A stretch of 64,000 nt of DNA from Gammaproteobacteria bacterium (GTDB lineage Bacteria; Pseudomonadota; Gammaproteobacteria; SURF-13), in contig QZKM01000025.1 of the NCBI GenBank assembly GCA_003599485.1, positions 2,577 through 66,576 on the forward strand, in the 5' to 3' direction. The notes beneath the pieces are model-generated. The model was not told where the DNA came from, did no database searches, and was given only the letters and a program-made list of their open reading frames with translations. Below are positions 39,646 through 48,663 of this stretch, piece after piece. Numbering within the stretch: the first letter of the stretch is position 1; the number at the start of each line of letters is the position of its first letter. The position numbers and the translations under genes are program-made.

Positions 39646-40695
39646 ATGCGCCCGATTTTTCATCCGCAACTGGTGAATGATCCATTCGGCGACCCTGGTC
39701 TGTACGTGGAATTCTTGTTTGAAAAGCACGCGCTGCTGTTTGATCTGGGCGACCTGCGTGCGCTTGCGCCACGCAAGATTCTGCGCCTGAGCCATGTGTT
39801 TGTTTCACACACCCATATGGATCACTTCATGGGTTTCGACCAATTGTTGCGCATTTGCCTGGGCAGGGACAAAAAACTCAGCCTGTACGGACCGCCCGGA
39901 TTCATCGAGCAGGTCCATCACAAGCTCGCCGCCTATACCTGGAATCTGGTGCAGAATTATCCCGCTGATTTTACACTGGAGGTTTTTGAAGCCCACCCCG
40001 GTGGGCGGCTCGATGCCATTGAATTTCACTGCCGACACGGTTTCCAGCGTGAGCGAACACGCTCGTCCGCCATCGCCGGCAATGTGCTGGTTGATGATCC
40101 CGCTTTTCGCGTGCTTGTGGCGTTTTTGGATCACAAGACCGCGTGTCTCGCCTTTGCCCTGGAGGAAAAGCAGCACGTCAACGTGTGGAAAAACCGCTTG
40201 CAGGCGCAGGGGCTGGCCGTCGGGCCGTGGCTCAAGGATTTAAAGCATGCGGTGCTGAGCGGCGCGGCGGACGATACGCCGCTCGCCGTGCAGTGGCGCG
40301 GGGCGGACGGCAAACGGGAAAAATACCTGCCGCTCGGCCTGCTCAAAACCAACATTCTGCGCATCGTGCCGGGACAGAAAGTGGCTTACGTCACCGATGT
40401 CATCTATCATCCGGAAAACGCAAGGCGCATCGTGGAGCTGGCGCGAGACGCCGACCTGCTGTTCATCGAATGCGCCTTTCTGGAGGAAGACGCCGCGCAC
40501 GCGATGGAAAAATATCACCTCACCGCGCGTCAGGCGGGCGCATTGGCGCGCGCGGCCAATGCGAAGAGGGTCATCCCGTTTCATTTTTCGCCGAAATACG
40601 CAGATCAGCCGGAGCGGCTCATGCAGGAGCTGGAACAGGCGTTTTCCCCGGCGCGAGTGGAAACACCCGCGCGCAGCGCGCTACCGCTCTTCTGA
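39646..40695 (+). CDS. Ribonuclease Z-like metallo-beta-lactamase
   Basis: LVNDPFGDPG, SHTHMDH, exosite-like insert (GLAVGPW), YVTD, IECAF, HLTARQAG, PFHFSPKY. Confidence 0.8.
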   Translation: MRPIFHPQLVNDPFGDPGLYVEFLFEKHALLFDLGDLRALAPRKILRLSHVFVSHTHMDHFMGFDQLLRICLGRDKKLSLYGPPGFIEQVHHKLAAYTWNLVQNYPADFTLEVFEAHPGGRLDAIEFHCRHGFQRERTRSSAIAGNVLVDDPAFRVLVAFLDHKTACLAFALEEKQHVNVWKNRLQAQGLAVGPWLKDLKHAVLSGAADDTPLAVQWRGADGKREKYLPLGLLKTNILRIVPGQKVAYVTDVIYHPENARRIVELARDADLLFIECAFLEEDAAHAMEKYHLTARQAGALARAANAKRVIPFHFSPKYADQPERLMQELEQAFSPARVETPARSALPLF

Positions 40696-41094
40696 TTTCG
40701 CATGATTCCACAAGGCATCCATCTCCTCCAGCGTGGACTCGTGCGGTTTGCGGCCGCGCCCGGCGAGCAGCGCCTCGATGCGCCGGAAGCGGCGCTCGAA
40801 TTTGGCGTTGGCCCGTTGCAGCGCGGCTTCCGGGTCAACATCGAGATGCCGCGCCAGATTCACGCACACGAACAGCAGGTCGCCGATCTCGTCCTCCAGC
40901 CGGTCATGGCCGGCGCGTTGCGCGATTTCATGGCGGATCTCGCGCAATTCTTCCTCGATCTTGCCCAGCACCTGTTCCACCTGCGGCCAATCGAAACCCA
41001 CTCGCGCCACGCGCCTTTGAAACTCCAGCGCGTGGGCCAGGGCCGTCAAGGAGGACTGGATGTTATCGAGCACGCTCTCAGGTTTGATCTTCAT
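40681..41094 (-). CDS. Stand-alone MazG C-terminal nucleotide pyrophosphohydrolase domain
   Basis: VGFDW, KIEEELRE, DEIGDLLF...NLARH...DPEAAL...NAKFERRF; only the second domain of two-domain MazG. Confidence 0.8.
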   Translation of the reverse strand: MKIKPESVLDNIQSSLTALAHALEFQRRVARVGFDWPQVEQVLGKIEEELREIRHEIAQRAGHDRLEDEIGDLLFVCVNLARHLDVDPEAALQRANAKFERRFRRIEALLAGRGRKPHESTLEEMDALWNHAKSEER

Positions 41095-41139
41095 GATCCG
41101 GTTTATGTGAGTTTTCGGACACCCTGCCGCGCATCATAA

Positions 41140-43437
41140 ATGCACACACCCCTCATGTCATCCCCGCCGCCGTTTGCGCCCTCGCGTCAGTCTAGGCGCT
41201 GGCTGCTCGGCGGACGCGTGCAAGGCGTGGGCTTCCGCCCTTTTGTGTACCGCCTTGCACAGCGTTATAACCTATCCGGCTGGGTAAGAAATCTCTCCGG
41301 CCGGGTGGAGATTGTAGCAGAGGGCCATAGCGCCGGATTAGAGCGCTTCGCTCACGCACTGCTGAGTGAAGCGCCGCCCCTCGCCAAAGCTGAAATCCTC
41401 TCTTGTGAACATCTCGCTCTGACACAGGATTCTGCGACCTTCCGCATTCTGCCCAGCCTTACCGGCGCAGCCGATTCCATCCATCTGCCGCCGGATTATT
41501 TTCTGTGCGCGGATTGCCTGGCCGAATTGCAAGACCCCGCCGACCGGCGCTATCGCTATCCCTTCATCAATTGTACGCAGTGCGGACCGCGTTATACGGT
41601 GATCCACGCGCTGCCCTACGACCGCGTCAATACCACGCTCGCGGCCTTTACATTATGCGCGGAGTGCAGGAAAGAATACGACAACCCCCGCGACCGGCGT
41701 TTTCACGCCGAGCCGCTGGCCTGCCCCGCGTGCGGGCCACAACTATCTTTCCATGCGCCCAGTGAAACACCGGTTGATGAAACGCCAGCCGCGCTGGCTG
41801 CATGCGTGGCCGCATTGCGTGAGGGCAGGATTGTGGCCGTCAAAGGCATCGGCGGCTACCATCTGATGTGCGATGCGCGCAGCGACTCCGCCGTGCAGCG
41901 GCTGCGCGCCAGCAAGCCGCGGCCGCATAAGCCGCTCGCGGTGATGTTTCCGCTGGGGGGCGAAGACGGATTGGACGGCGTGCGCAACCACGCGCGCATC
42001 GGCGCCGCCGAATCACAAGCCTTGCTTGACCAGGCGCGCCCCATCGTGCTGGTAAAAAAACATTCACAGTCCGGATTGTCCCGGTACATCGCGCCGGGGC
42101 TGAATGAAACCGGCGCGCTGCTGCCGTACAGTCCGCTGCATCACATCCTTCTGGAGGATTTCGGCGCGCCGCTGGTGGCCACGTCGGCCAATGTCAGCGG
42201 CGAGCCGGTGCTCACGGATAACGGCGAAGCGCAGGCGCGTCTCGCGCACGTGGCTGATACGTTCCTGCACCACAACCGCCCCATCGCCCGCCCCGCCGAT
42301 GATGCCGTAGTGCGCGTCATCGCCGGCAAACCACGTGTGCTGCGCCCTGGCAGAGGGCTGGCCCCGCTGGAACTCCCCTTGCCCTTTACCCTGCCCCACC
42401 CCATCCTGGCCTGCGGCGCGCATATCAAAAACACCGTCGCGCTGGCGTGGAATGATCGCGTGGTGATCTCGCCTCACATCGGCGATCTCGGCAGTGCCCG
42501 CAGCCTGGACGTATTTGAACAGGTCATCGCCGATCTGCAAGCGCTTTACGGCATACGCGCAGAAATATTGATCTGCGACGCGCACCCCGGTTATGCCAAC
42601 ACGCGCTGGGCGAAGCGCACGAACCTGCCCGTCATCCCGGTATGGCATCATCACGCGCACGCCTCCGTGCTGGCAGGTGAATTCCCCGAGGTCGAAAACT
42701 GGCTGCTGTTCACCTGGGATGGCGCAGGATTGGGTGAAGACGGGACCCTGTGGGGCGGCGAGGCCCTGCTGGGGGCGCCTGGAAACTGGCGGCGCGCGGC
42801 GACCCTGCGTCCGTTTCATTTGCCGGGCGGAGACAAGGCCGCGCGCGAACCGTGGCGCAGCGCGTTGGCGTTGTGCTGGGAAACAGGCTACACCTGGCGC
42901 GCTTGCCCTGAAGACACAGCGCTGCTACAACACGCCTGGCAGCGGCGGATCAACAGCCCGCAAACCAGCGCGGCAGGACGATTGTTTGACGGAGCGGCGG
43001 CCCTGCTCGGCTTGGCTATCGAGACCAGCTTTGAAGGACAAGGACCGATGTATCTGGAGGCCATCAGCGGTGAAATCGCGCAACCCGTCACGCTGCCGTT
43101 GCAGCGTAATGCGCGCGGAATTTGGCAAACCGACTGGGCGCCGCTGATGCCTTATCTGCTTGATGATACGCTCAGCGCCAGTCAACGCAGCGCGATTTTT
43201 CACGCCAGTCTCGCCCAGACCCTGTTACAGCAGGCGCGCGTGTTGCGTGGCGAGCATGATATCAATCACGTAGGTTTAAGCGGCGGCGTGTTTCAAAACC
43301 GCATGCTTACGGAGCAGGCGATGGCGCTACTCCAAAATGACGGCTTTGAGGTTCATCTTCCACAACGCGTGCCGTGCAATGACGGTAGCATCAGCTACGG
43401 CCAGATTATCGAAGCATGCGCCCGATTGAACAACTGA
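41140..43437 (+). CDS. hypF: Carbamoyltransferase HypF
   Basis: GRVQGVGFRPFV, CxxC zinc fingers, KGIGGYHL, HHHAH, SGGVFQN. Confidence 0.97.
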   Translation: MHTPLMSSPPPFAPSRQSRRWLLGGRVQGVGFRPFVYRLAQRYNLSGWVRNLSGRVEIVAEGHSAGLERFAHALLSEAPPLAKAEILSCEHLALTQDSATFRILPSLTGAADSIHLPPDYFLCADCLAELQDPADRRYRYPFINCTQCGPRYTVIHALPYDRVNTTLAAFTLCAECRKEYDNPRDRRFHAEPLACPACGPQLSFHAPSETPVDETPAALAACVAALREGRIVAVKGIGGYHLMCDARSDSAVQRLRASKPRPHKPLAVMFPLGGEDGLDGVRNHARIGAAESQALLDQARPIVLVKKHSQSGLSRYIAPGLNETGALLPYSPLHHILLEDFGAPLVATSANVSGEPVLTDNGEAQARLAHVADTFLHHNRPIARPADDAVVRVIAGKPRVLRPGRGLAPLELPLPFTLPHPILACGAHIKNTVALAWNDRVVISPHIGDLGSARSLDVFEQVIADLQALYGIRAEILICDAHPGYANTRWAKRTNLPVIPVWHHHAHASVLAGEFPEVENWLLFTWDGAGLGEDGTLWGGEALLGAPGNWRRAATLRPFHLPGGDKAAREPWRSALALCWETGYTWRACPEDTALLQHAWQRRINSPQTSAAGRLFDGAAALLGLAIETSFEGQGPMYLEAISGEIAQPVTLPLQRNARGIWQTDWAPLMPYLLDDTLSASQRSAIFHASLAQTLLQQARVLRGEHDINHVGLSGGVFQNRMLTEQAMALLQNDGFEVHLPQRVPCNDGSISYGQIIEACARLNN

Positions 43438-44441
43438 TGCAAGACACCCACATCAGCCTCGCCCACGGCAACGGCGGGCGCTACATGCGCGAGATCATCG
43501 AACACCTGTTCGCGCATCACCTGGCCAATCCGCTGCTCGACATTGACGCCGATGCCGTGCCGATGCCGATGCCGGAGGGCGAGATCATGCTCACCACGGA
43601 CGGTTTCACCGTGCAGCCGCTGGAATTTCCAGGCGGCGACATCGGGGCGCTCGCCGTGCACGGTACGGTGAACGACCTGGCGGTGGCTGGCGCAACGCCG
43701 CTCTATCTCACCCTCAACGCGCTGATTGAAGAAGGCATGGAAGTTGCGCAACTCCAGCGCATTATCGCCAGCCTCGCGCGCAGCGCGCGGGAAACCGGGG
43801 TGCGCGTGGTGGCGGGCGACACCAAGGTCGTGCCGCGCGGCGCGGGCGGCGGCCTGTATCTTTCCACCAGCGGCGTGGGCGTGCGCGCGCCGGGCGTGCG
43901 GCTGGGCATGAAGCAGATCAGTGAGGGTGATGCGATACTGGTCAGCGGCCCGGTGGGCGATCACGCCGTGGCCGTGCTGCTCGCGCGTGAACAGTTCGGG
44001 CTGCGCGGCAATATCCAGTCCGACATGGCCTGCGTGCTCCCCCTCACCCGCGCCCTGCTCGCCTTTTCAGGGTTACGCTTCATGCGCGACCCCACGCGCG
44101 GCGGACTCGCCACCGTGCTGCATGACATTCGCCGCGCAACCCACCTGGGCATCCAGCTTGAAGAAGCCGCCATCCCCGTCAATCCCGCCGTGCGTTCGGT
44201 GTGCGACATGCTCGGCTACGACCCGCTCTATCTCGCCTGCGAAGGCCGCGTGGTGGCAGTCATCGCCCCCGATCAGGCACAAGCGGCGCTCGCTGCCTGG
44301 CGCGCCCTGCCGTTAGGCAAGCAGGCAACCATCATCGGACGCGTAACCGGCAACCCGCCACGTGTAACCCTGGAAACCGCCATCAGCGGCAGACGCACCC
44401 TGGAAGAACTGGAAGACGACCCCCTGCCGCGCATTTGCTGA
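43437..44441 (+). CDS. hypE: Hydrogenase maturation protein HypE
   Basis: AHGNGG, GTVNDLA, GDTKVV, RDPTRGG, C-terminal LPRIC. Confidence 0.97.
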   Translation: MQDTHISLAHGNGGRYMREIIEHLFAHHLANPLLDIDADAVPMPMPEGEIMLTTDGFTVQPLEFPGGDIGALAVHGTVNDLAVAGATPLYLTLNALIEEGMEVAQLQRIIASLARSARETGVRVVAGDTKVVPRGAGGGLYLSTSGVGVRAPGVRLGMKQISEGDAILVSGPVGDHAVAVLLAREQFGLRGNIQSDMACVLPLTRALLAFSGLRFMRDPTRGGLATVLHDIRRATHLGIQLEEAAIPVNPAVRSVCDMLGYDPLYLACEGRVVAVIAPDQAQAALAAWRALPLGKQATIIGRVTGNPPRVTLETAISGRRTLEELEDDPLPRIC

Positions 44442-44507
44442 AAACCTTACATTCAAGGCCCCTATCAATATCCCACTCGATTATTCTTCGCGCTTTAGGC
44501 ATCCCGC

Positions 44508-45281
44508 ATGTTCTTGAGTTTAAAATCGTGGCGGCGTCGCCGTATTTTGCAGCGCCGCTCGTTGCCGGATGGAATATGGCGGCGCGTGCTGGAGCGGTTT
44601 GTCTTTCTGCAAGACTTGACTCAAGACGAGCTTGGCCGGTTGCGCGCCTGGGTTGTGCTGTTTTTGCATGATAAGAAATTCAGTACGGCGGGCGAACTGG
44701 CGCTCACCGATGAAATGCGCGTGATGATCGCTGCGCAGGCCTGCATCCTTATTCTGAATCTCGATCTTGACTATTACGACGACTGGGTGGAAATCATCGT
44801 TTACCCGGATGAATTTGTTCCCGACCATGAATACGAGGACGAGACGGGCGTTGTACATCGTGTGCACGATCCGCTCAGTGGTGAATCGTGGCCTCATGGG
44901 CCGGTCATTCTGTCGTGGGCGGACGCCGCCGGCCGCGAGACGGCGCCGGGCTACAGCGTGGTGATTCACGAATTCGCCCACAAGCTCGATATGCGCAACG
45001 GCGAGGCCAATGGCTTTCCGCAGTTGCATGCGGAGATGAGCCGGCCGGCCTGGAGCGCTGCATTCGGCGCGGCTTACGCCGATTTTTGCATGCGGCTGGA
45101 TGCAGGCGACGAGACGGAGATTGACTCCTACGCCGCGGAAAGTCCGGCGGAGTTCTTCGCAGTCGTGAGTGAAGCGTTCTTCACCATGCCGCACAAAGTG
45201 CAGCAGATGTATCCGGCGGTTTACCGGCAATTGGCGCTCTTTTACCGCCAAGATACTCTGGCGAGGCGCGGCAAACAATAA
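44508..45281 (+). CDS. MtfA (M90) zinc peptidase family protein
   Basis: IAAQAC, GESW, HEFAHKLD, YAAESPAEFFAV.SEAFF. Confidence 0.9.
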   Translation: MFLSLKSWRRRRILQRRSLPDGIWRRVLERFVFLQDLTQDELGRLRAWVVLFLHDKKFSTAGELALTDEMRVMIAAQACILILNLDLDYYDDWVEIIVYPDEFVPDHEYEDETGVVHRVHDPLSGESWPHGPVILSWADAAGRETAPGYSVVIHEFAHKLDMRNGEANGFPQLHAEMSRPAWSAAFGAAYADFCMRLDAGDETEIDSYAAESPAEFFAVVSEAFFTMPHKVQQMYPAVYRQLALFYRQDTLARRGKQ

Positions 45282-45304
45282 GCGAATGAGGCCAATCAGC
45301 CGCA

Positions 45305-46348
45305 CTACTCTTCGCGCGCACCGACCATACGGCGCACCGCCAAGGTCACGGCGTCAGCGTCGGGGATGGAAGCGGCTTCGAGATCGCCGTTATAGGGTGT
45401 GGGCACGTCCGCACCCGCGACGCGCGCGATGGGCGCGTCGAGCTCGTAAAACGCCGCTTCTTGCAGCGCCGCCACGATTTCCGCGCCTGCGCCGGCGAAT
45501 TTGCAGTCTTCTTCCACCACGATGGCGCGGTGGGTTTTTTTGAGGGAGGCGGTGAGCAGCGGCAAGTCTATGGGCTTCAGGCTTCTCAAATCTATCACCT
45601 CGGCGGCGATGTCGTCTTCGCTGGCGAGCTTGTCGGCGGCTTGCAGGCACACGTCCACCATGCGGTGCCAGGCGATGAGGGTGACGTGCGCGCCCGCTCG
45701 GCGCACGGCGGCGCCGTGCATGGGCGGAGCCTCGGCGTGAATATCAAACGGCCCCTTTTTGAAATAGAGCAGCTCATGCTCCAGCACGATGATGGGGTCG
45801 TCGTCGCGCACGGCTTGAGTCAGTTGCCAGTAGGAGTCCTGCGCCGTGCCGGGCGCGACGATGCGCAGGCCGGGCACGTTCATCAGGGTGTGCTCCAGGC
45901 GTTGCGAGTGCTGTGCGGCGAGCTGTCTGGCGACGCCGCCCGGCATGCGCACCACCAGCGGCACGCGCAGTTTCCCGCCGGACATGTAGCGCAGCTTGGC
46001 CGCCATGTTGATGATGGCGTCCAGGGCGAGCAGCGCGAAGTTGACGGTCATGATTTCGATGACCGGGCGGCCGCCTACCAATGCCGCGCCCACGCCGAGG
46101 CCGGTAAAACTGTTTTCTGAAATCGGCGTATCGCGCACGCGCCATTCGCCGTACTTGGCGTACAGACCTTGCGTGACGCGATAGCTGCCGCCGTACAGCC
46201 CTACGTCTTCGCCCATGATGAACACCGCGTCGTCCGCGGCCAAGGCCTGATCGAGCGCGATATTGAGCGCCTCCCACACCATGAGTTCGGAGCGCGCCTT
46301 GGCGGGGGCGATAAGACCGGCGTTTTCCTGCGGCGCGGCGCGTTTCAC
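45305..46348 (-). CDS. pdhB: Pyruvate/2-oxoacid dehydrogenase E1 beta subunit
   Basis: GEDVG, DTPISE, AAQHSQ, IDLRSL. Confidence 0.85.
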   Translation of the reverse strand: MKRAAPQENAGLIAPAKARSELMVWEALNIALDQALAADDAVFIMGEDVGLYGGSYRVTQGLYAKYGEWRVRDTPISENSFTGLGVGAALVGGRPVIEIMTVNFALLALDAIINMAAKLRYMSGGKLRVPLVVRMPGGVARQLAAQHSQRLEHTLMNVPGLRIVAPGTAQDSYWQLTQAVRDDDPIIVLEHELLYFKKGPFDIHAEAPPMHGAAVRRAGAHVTLIAWHRMVDVCLQAADKLASEDDIAAEVIDLRSLKPIDLPLLTASLKKTHRAIVVEEDCKFAGAGAEIVAALQEAAFYELDAPIARVAGADVPTPYNGDLEAASIPDADAVTLAVRRMVGAREE

Positions 46349-47322
46349 GGGCGGCCCGCGTAGAGATCGAGCGGCCGCCGGTAAACGCCCTGGTAGAGAT
46401 CATCCGGCGCGGGGCTTTGCCCGGCGAAGCGTATCGCCTCCTCGACTACGCCGTGCGCCTTCTGATGCAGGGCTTCGATGTCCTCTTCGTTCAACCAGCC
46501 GTTTTCCAGCGCCCGGTTGCGCAGATTGAGCAGCGGGTCGCGCGCCTTGAGTTCGGCGACTTCCAGCGCTGAACGGTAGGCGCCGCCGTCGGCCATGGAA
46601 TGGCCGCGGAAGCGGTAGGTGTCGCACTCCAGAAGAAACGGGCCGTTGCCGCCGCGCACCTGTTCCAGGGCGTCGCGCGCGGCTTGATGCACCGCGAGCA
46701 CGTCCATCCCGTCCACGCGCCTGCCGGGCACGCCGTTGCCGCAACCGCGCTTGTATACCTCCACCACTGCGGCCTGGCGGTGCACCTCGGTGCCGATCTG
46801 ATAGTGATTGTTTTCGCAGATGAACAGCACCGGCAATTTCCACAGCGCCGCCATGTTGAGCGACTCGTGAAACGTGCCCTGGTTGGCCGCGCCCTCGCCG
46901 AAAAAGCACAGCACCACATCCGGAGAGCGGTTCATCGCCAGCCAGTAGCCGGCGCCGATGGCCACCGGAAACGTCTCGCCCACAATGGCGTAGCCGCCGA
47001 GGAAGCGATGCTCGGCGCTGAATAGATGCATGGAGCCTCCGTAACCGCCGGAACAACCGGTGGCGCGCCCGAACATCTCCGCCATGACGGCGCCGGGTGG
47101 AACGTCGCGCATCAAGGCATGCACGTGCTCGCGGTAGGTGCTGACCACGTAGTCGCCCGGTTCAGCGGCGCGCAGGCTGCCCACCGCCACCGCCTCTTCG
47201 CCGGGATAGAGGTGCAGGAAGCCGGCGACCTTGCCCTGGGTATACTGCTCCGCCGCGGCCTCCTCGAAGCGGCGCGCCAGAAGCATGTCGTAGAGAAGCT
47301 GCTTGACCAGATCCCTCTGCAT
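46345..47322 (-). CDS. pdhA: Pyruvate/2-oxoacid dehydrogenase E1 alpha subunit
   Basis: GFLHLY, YREH, GGSMH, TPP motif GEGA...ENN, YRFRGHSMAD. Confidence 0.87.
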   Translation of the reverse strand: MQRDLVKQLLYDMLLARRFEEAAAEQYTQGKVAGFLHLYPGEEAVAVGSLRAAEPGDYVVSTYREHVHALMRDVPPGAVMAEMFGRATGCSGGYGGSMHLFSAEHRFLGGYAIVGETFPVAIGAGYWLAMNRSPDVVLCFFGEGAANQGTFHESLNMAALWKLPVLFICENNHYQIGTEVHRQAAVVEVYKRGCGNGVPGRRVDGMDVLAVHQAARDALEQVRGGNGPFLLECDTYRFRGHSMADGGAYRSALEVAELKARDPLLNLRNRALENGWLNEEDIEALHQKAHGVVEEAIRFAGQSPAPDDLYQGVYRRPLDLYAGRP

Positions 47323-47348
47323 GGCGCCCGCCCTGTTTTATCCGAAAC

Positions 47349-47379
47349 AGGAGGAGCGCGCTGATTCCGCGCTCCTCCT
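47349..47379 (-). terminator. Stem-loop after hsp20 (weak intrinsic terminator or stabiliser)
   Basis: AGGAGGAGCGCG/CGCGCTCCTCCT 12-bp stem followed only by GTTT. Confidence 0.45.
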
Positions 47380-47397
47380 CATTTCGCCCAAGTTCAA

Positions 47398-47895
47398 TTA
47401 CTGTATCGTGATGCTGTGGCGCTTGGCCTTTTCCCGTTTGGGGATGGTCAACTCCAGCAATCCGTCCTTGAATACCGCCTTGGCCCTGGCGTCGTCCACT
47501 TCCGCCGGCAAGGCTATCGTGCGCGTAAACGCCCCGTGCATAATCTCGCAGCGGCAATACTCGCCCTTTTCCTCTTTTTCCTCGCGCCGGGCGCTGCCCT
47601 TGATGGTGACGCTGTTTTCCGTCATGGACACATCCAGGTCCTTCTTATCCACGCCGGGAAGCTCGGCGCGCACCAGGATTTCATCATCCCGATCCACGAC
47701 GTCCACGCGCGGCATGAACTCGCCCGTCAAATCGCCCCACAGCGGCCGCGCCCAGCTTAAGGGACGCATCCAGCCGCGCGGAAACATTCTTTCAAATATC
47801 TGCTCCATTTCCTCGAACGGGCTCATGATATGCATGGGGGCGGCCTTTTGAACCTCCTGCCCCTTGGCGGCAACTTGTTTCGTTTCGTTAGCCAT
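47398..47895 (-). CDS. Hsp20/alpha-crystallin small heat-shock protein
   Basis: PRVDV, AELPGV, FTRTIALP, A.FKDGLLELTIPK. Confidence 0.95.
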   Translation of the reverse strand: MANETKQVAAKGQEVQKAAPMHIMSPFEEMEQIFERMFPRGWMRPLSWARPLWGDLTGEFMPRVDVVDRDDEILVRAELPGVDKKDLDVSMTENSVTIKGSARREEKEEKGEYCRCEIMHGAFTRTIALPAEVDDARAKAVFKDGLLELTIPKREKAKRHSITIQ

Positions 47896-47954
47896 GGTCT
47901 GTTCCTCCTTCATTTAGCGGGAAAATACCCGGTTACAACGCAACCTAACAGGGT

Positions 47955-47985
47955 GTTGATAAAGTCCGTCCAGGACTTTATCAAC
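47955..47985. repeat. Perfect 13-bp inverted repeat in the hsp20 leader
   Basis: GTTGATAAAGTCC-N5-GGACTTTATCAAC. Confidence 0.75.
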
Positions 47986-48115
47986 CACGCAAGGCAAAAA
48001 ATGTGATTTTTGCTTTGCTTCATTTTTCAAATATTTCGTATTTGAAAAATGGCGGTACATCCATCTACCACGCGCAGCTTTATATAAAGTATTAAAAGGC
48101 TGCGTCTTTCGCGCC

Positions 48116-48129
48116 TTGATATAGATCAA
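48116..48129 (-). promoter_or_regulatory. Perfect FNR box upstream of hsp20-pdhAB
   Basis: TTGATATAGATCAA; AT-rich -10 candidates at about 48094-48086. Confidence 0.8.
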
Positions 48130-48162
48130 TTTTCAGCGTCTCCGCCCCGCCGGCAAGAACCA

Positions 48163-48663
48163 TTAGTCATTCCATATGGCCGCCGTCTCCAGTGCAGCGC
48201 TGCGCGGACGGGGGTCGCGTAACCATGCTGTTATCTTGGCGCAGGCGGCTTCGGTCCATTGGGGAAGATAGCGCTCCACCATGAAGGTGGTATCCTCCGG
48301 CCGGATAGGGCCGATCTCCAGGCCCAGCAGACACAAACGCTCCGGCATGGCGTCGAGCGACCGCGCCAGCGCCACGCATTCCGCCACGCCCAGGTTGTGG
48401 CTCGACAAGGCGGCGTCCGCCAGGCGCGCGATCCCGTCTCCTTCCAGGTAATAGAGGCTGCCCTCCTCGCCCGCGCCGCGCACGGCGTCGAGCAGCAACA
48501 CGCTGTCCTCCTTGCGCCAGTGTTCGAGCAGCGCCGGGCCGGGGCGGTCCAGCACGCTCACCTCGACGAGTTGATCATCAAACAAGCCGCGCAAGGCCCG
48601 CGCCACCAGCCAGCCTGTCTGATCGTCACCCCACGGTGAACCGAGACCGATGACGCGGATCAT
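48163..48663 (-). CDS. Hydrogenase maturation endopeptidase
   Basis: VIGLGSPWGDD, LLDAV, SSH; ATG overlaps the large-subunit stop. Confidence 0.88.
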   Translation of the reverse strand: MIRVIGLGSPWGDDQTGWLVARALRGLFDDQLVEVSVLDRPGPALLEHWRKEDSVLLLDAVRGAGEEGSLYYLEGDGIARLADAALSSHNLGVAECVALARSLDAMPERLCLLGLEIGPIRPEDTTFMVERYLPQWTEAACAKITAWLRDPRPRSAALETAAIWND

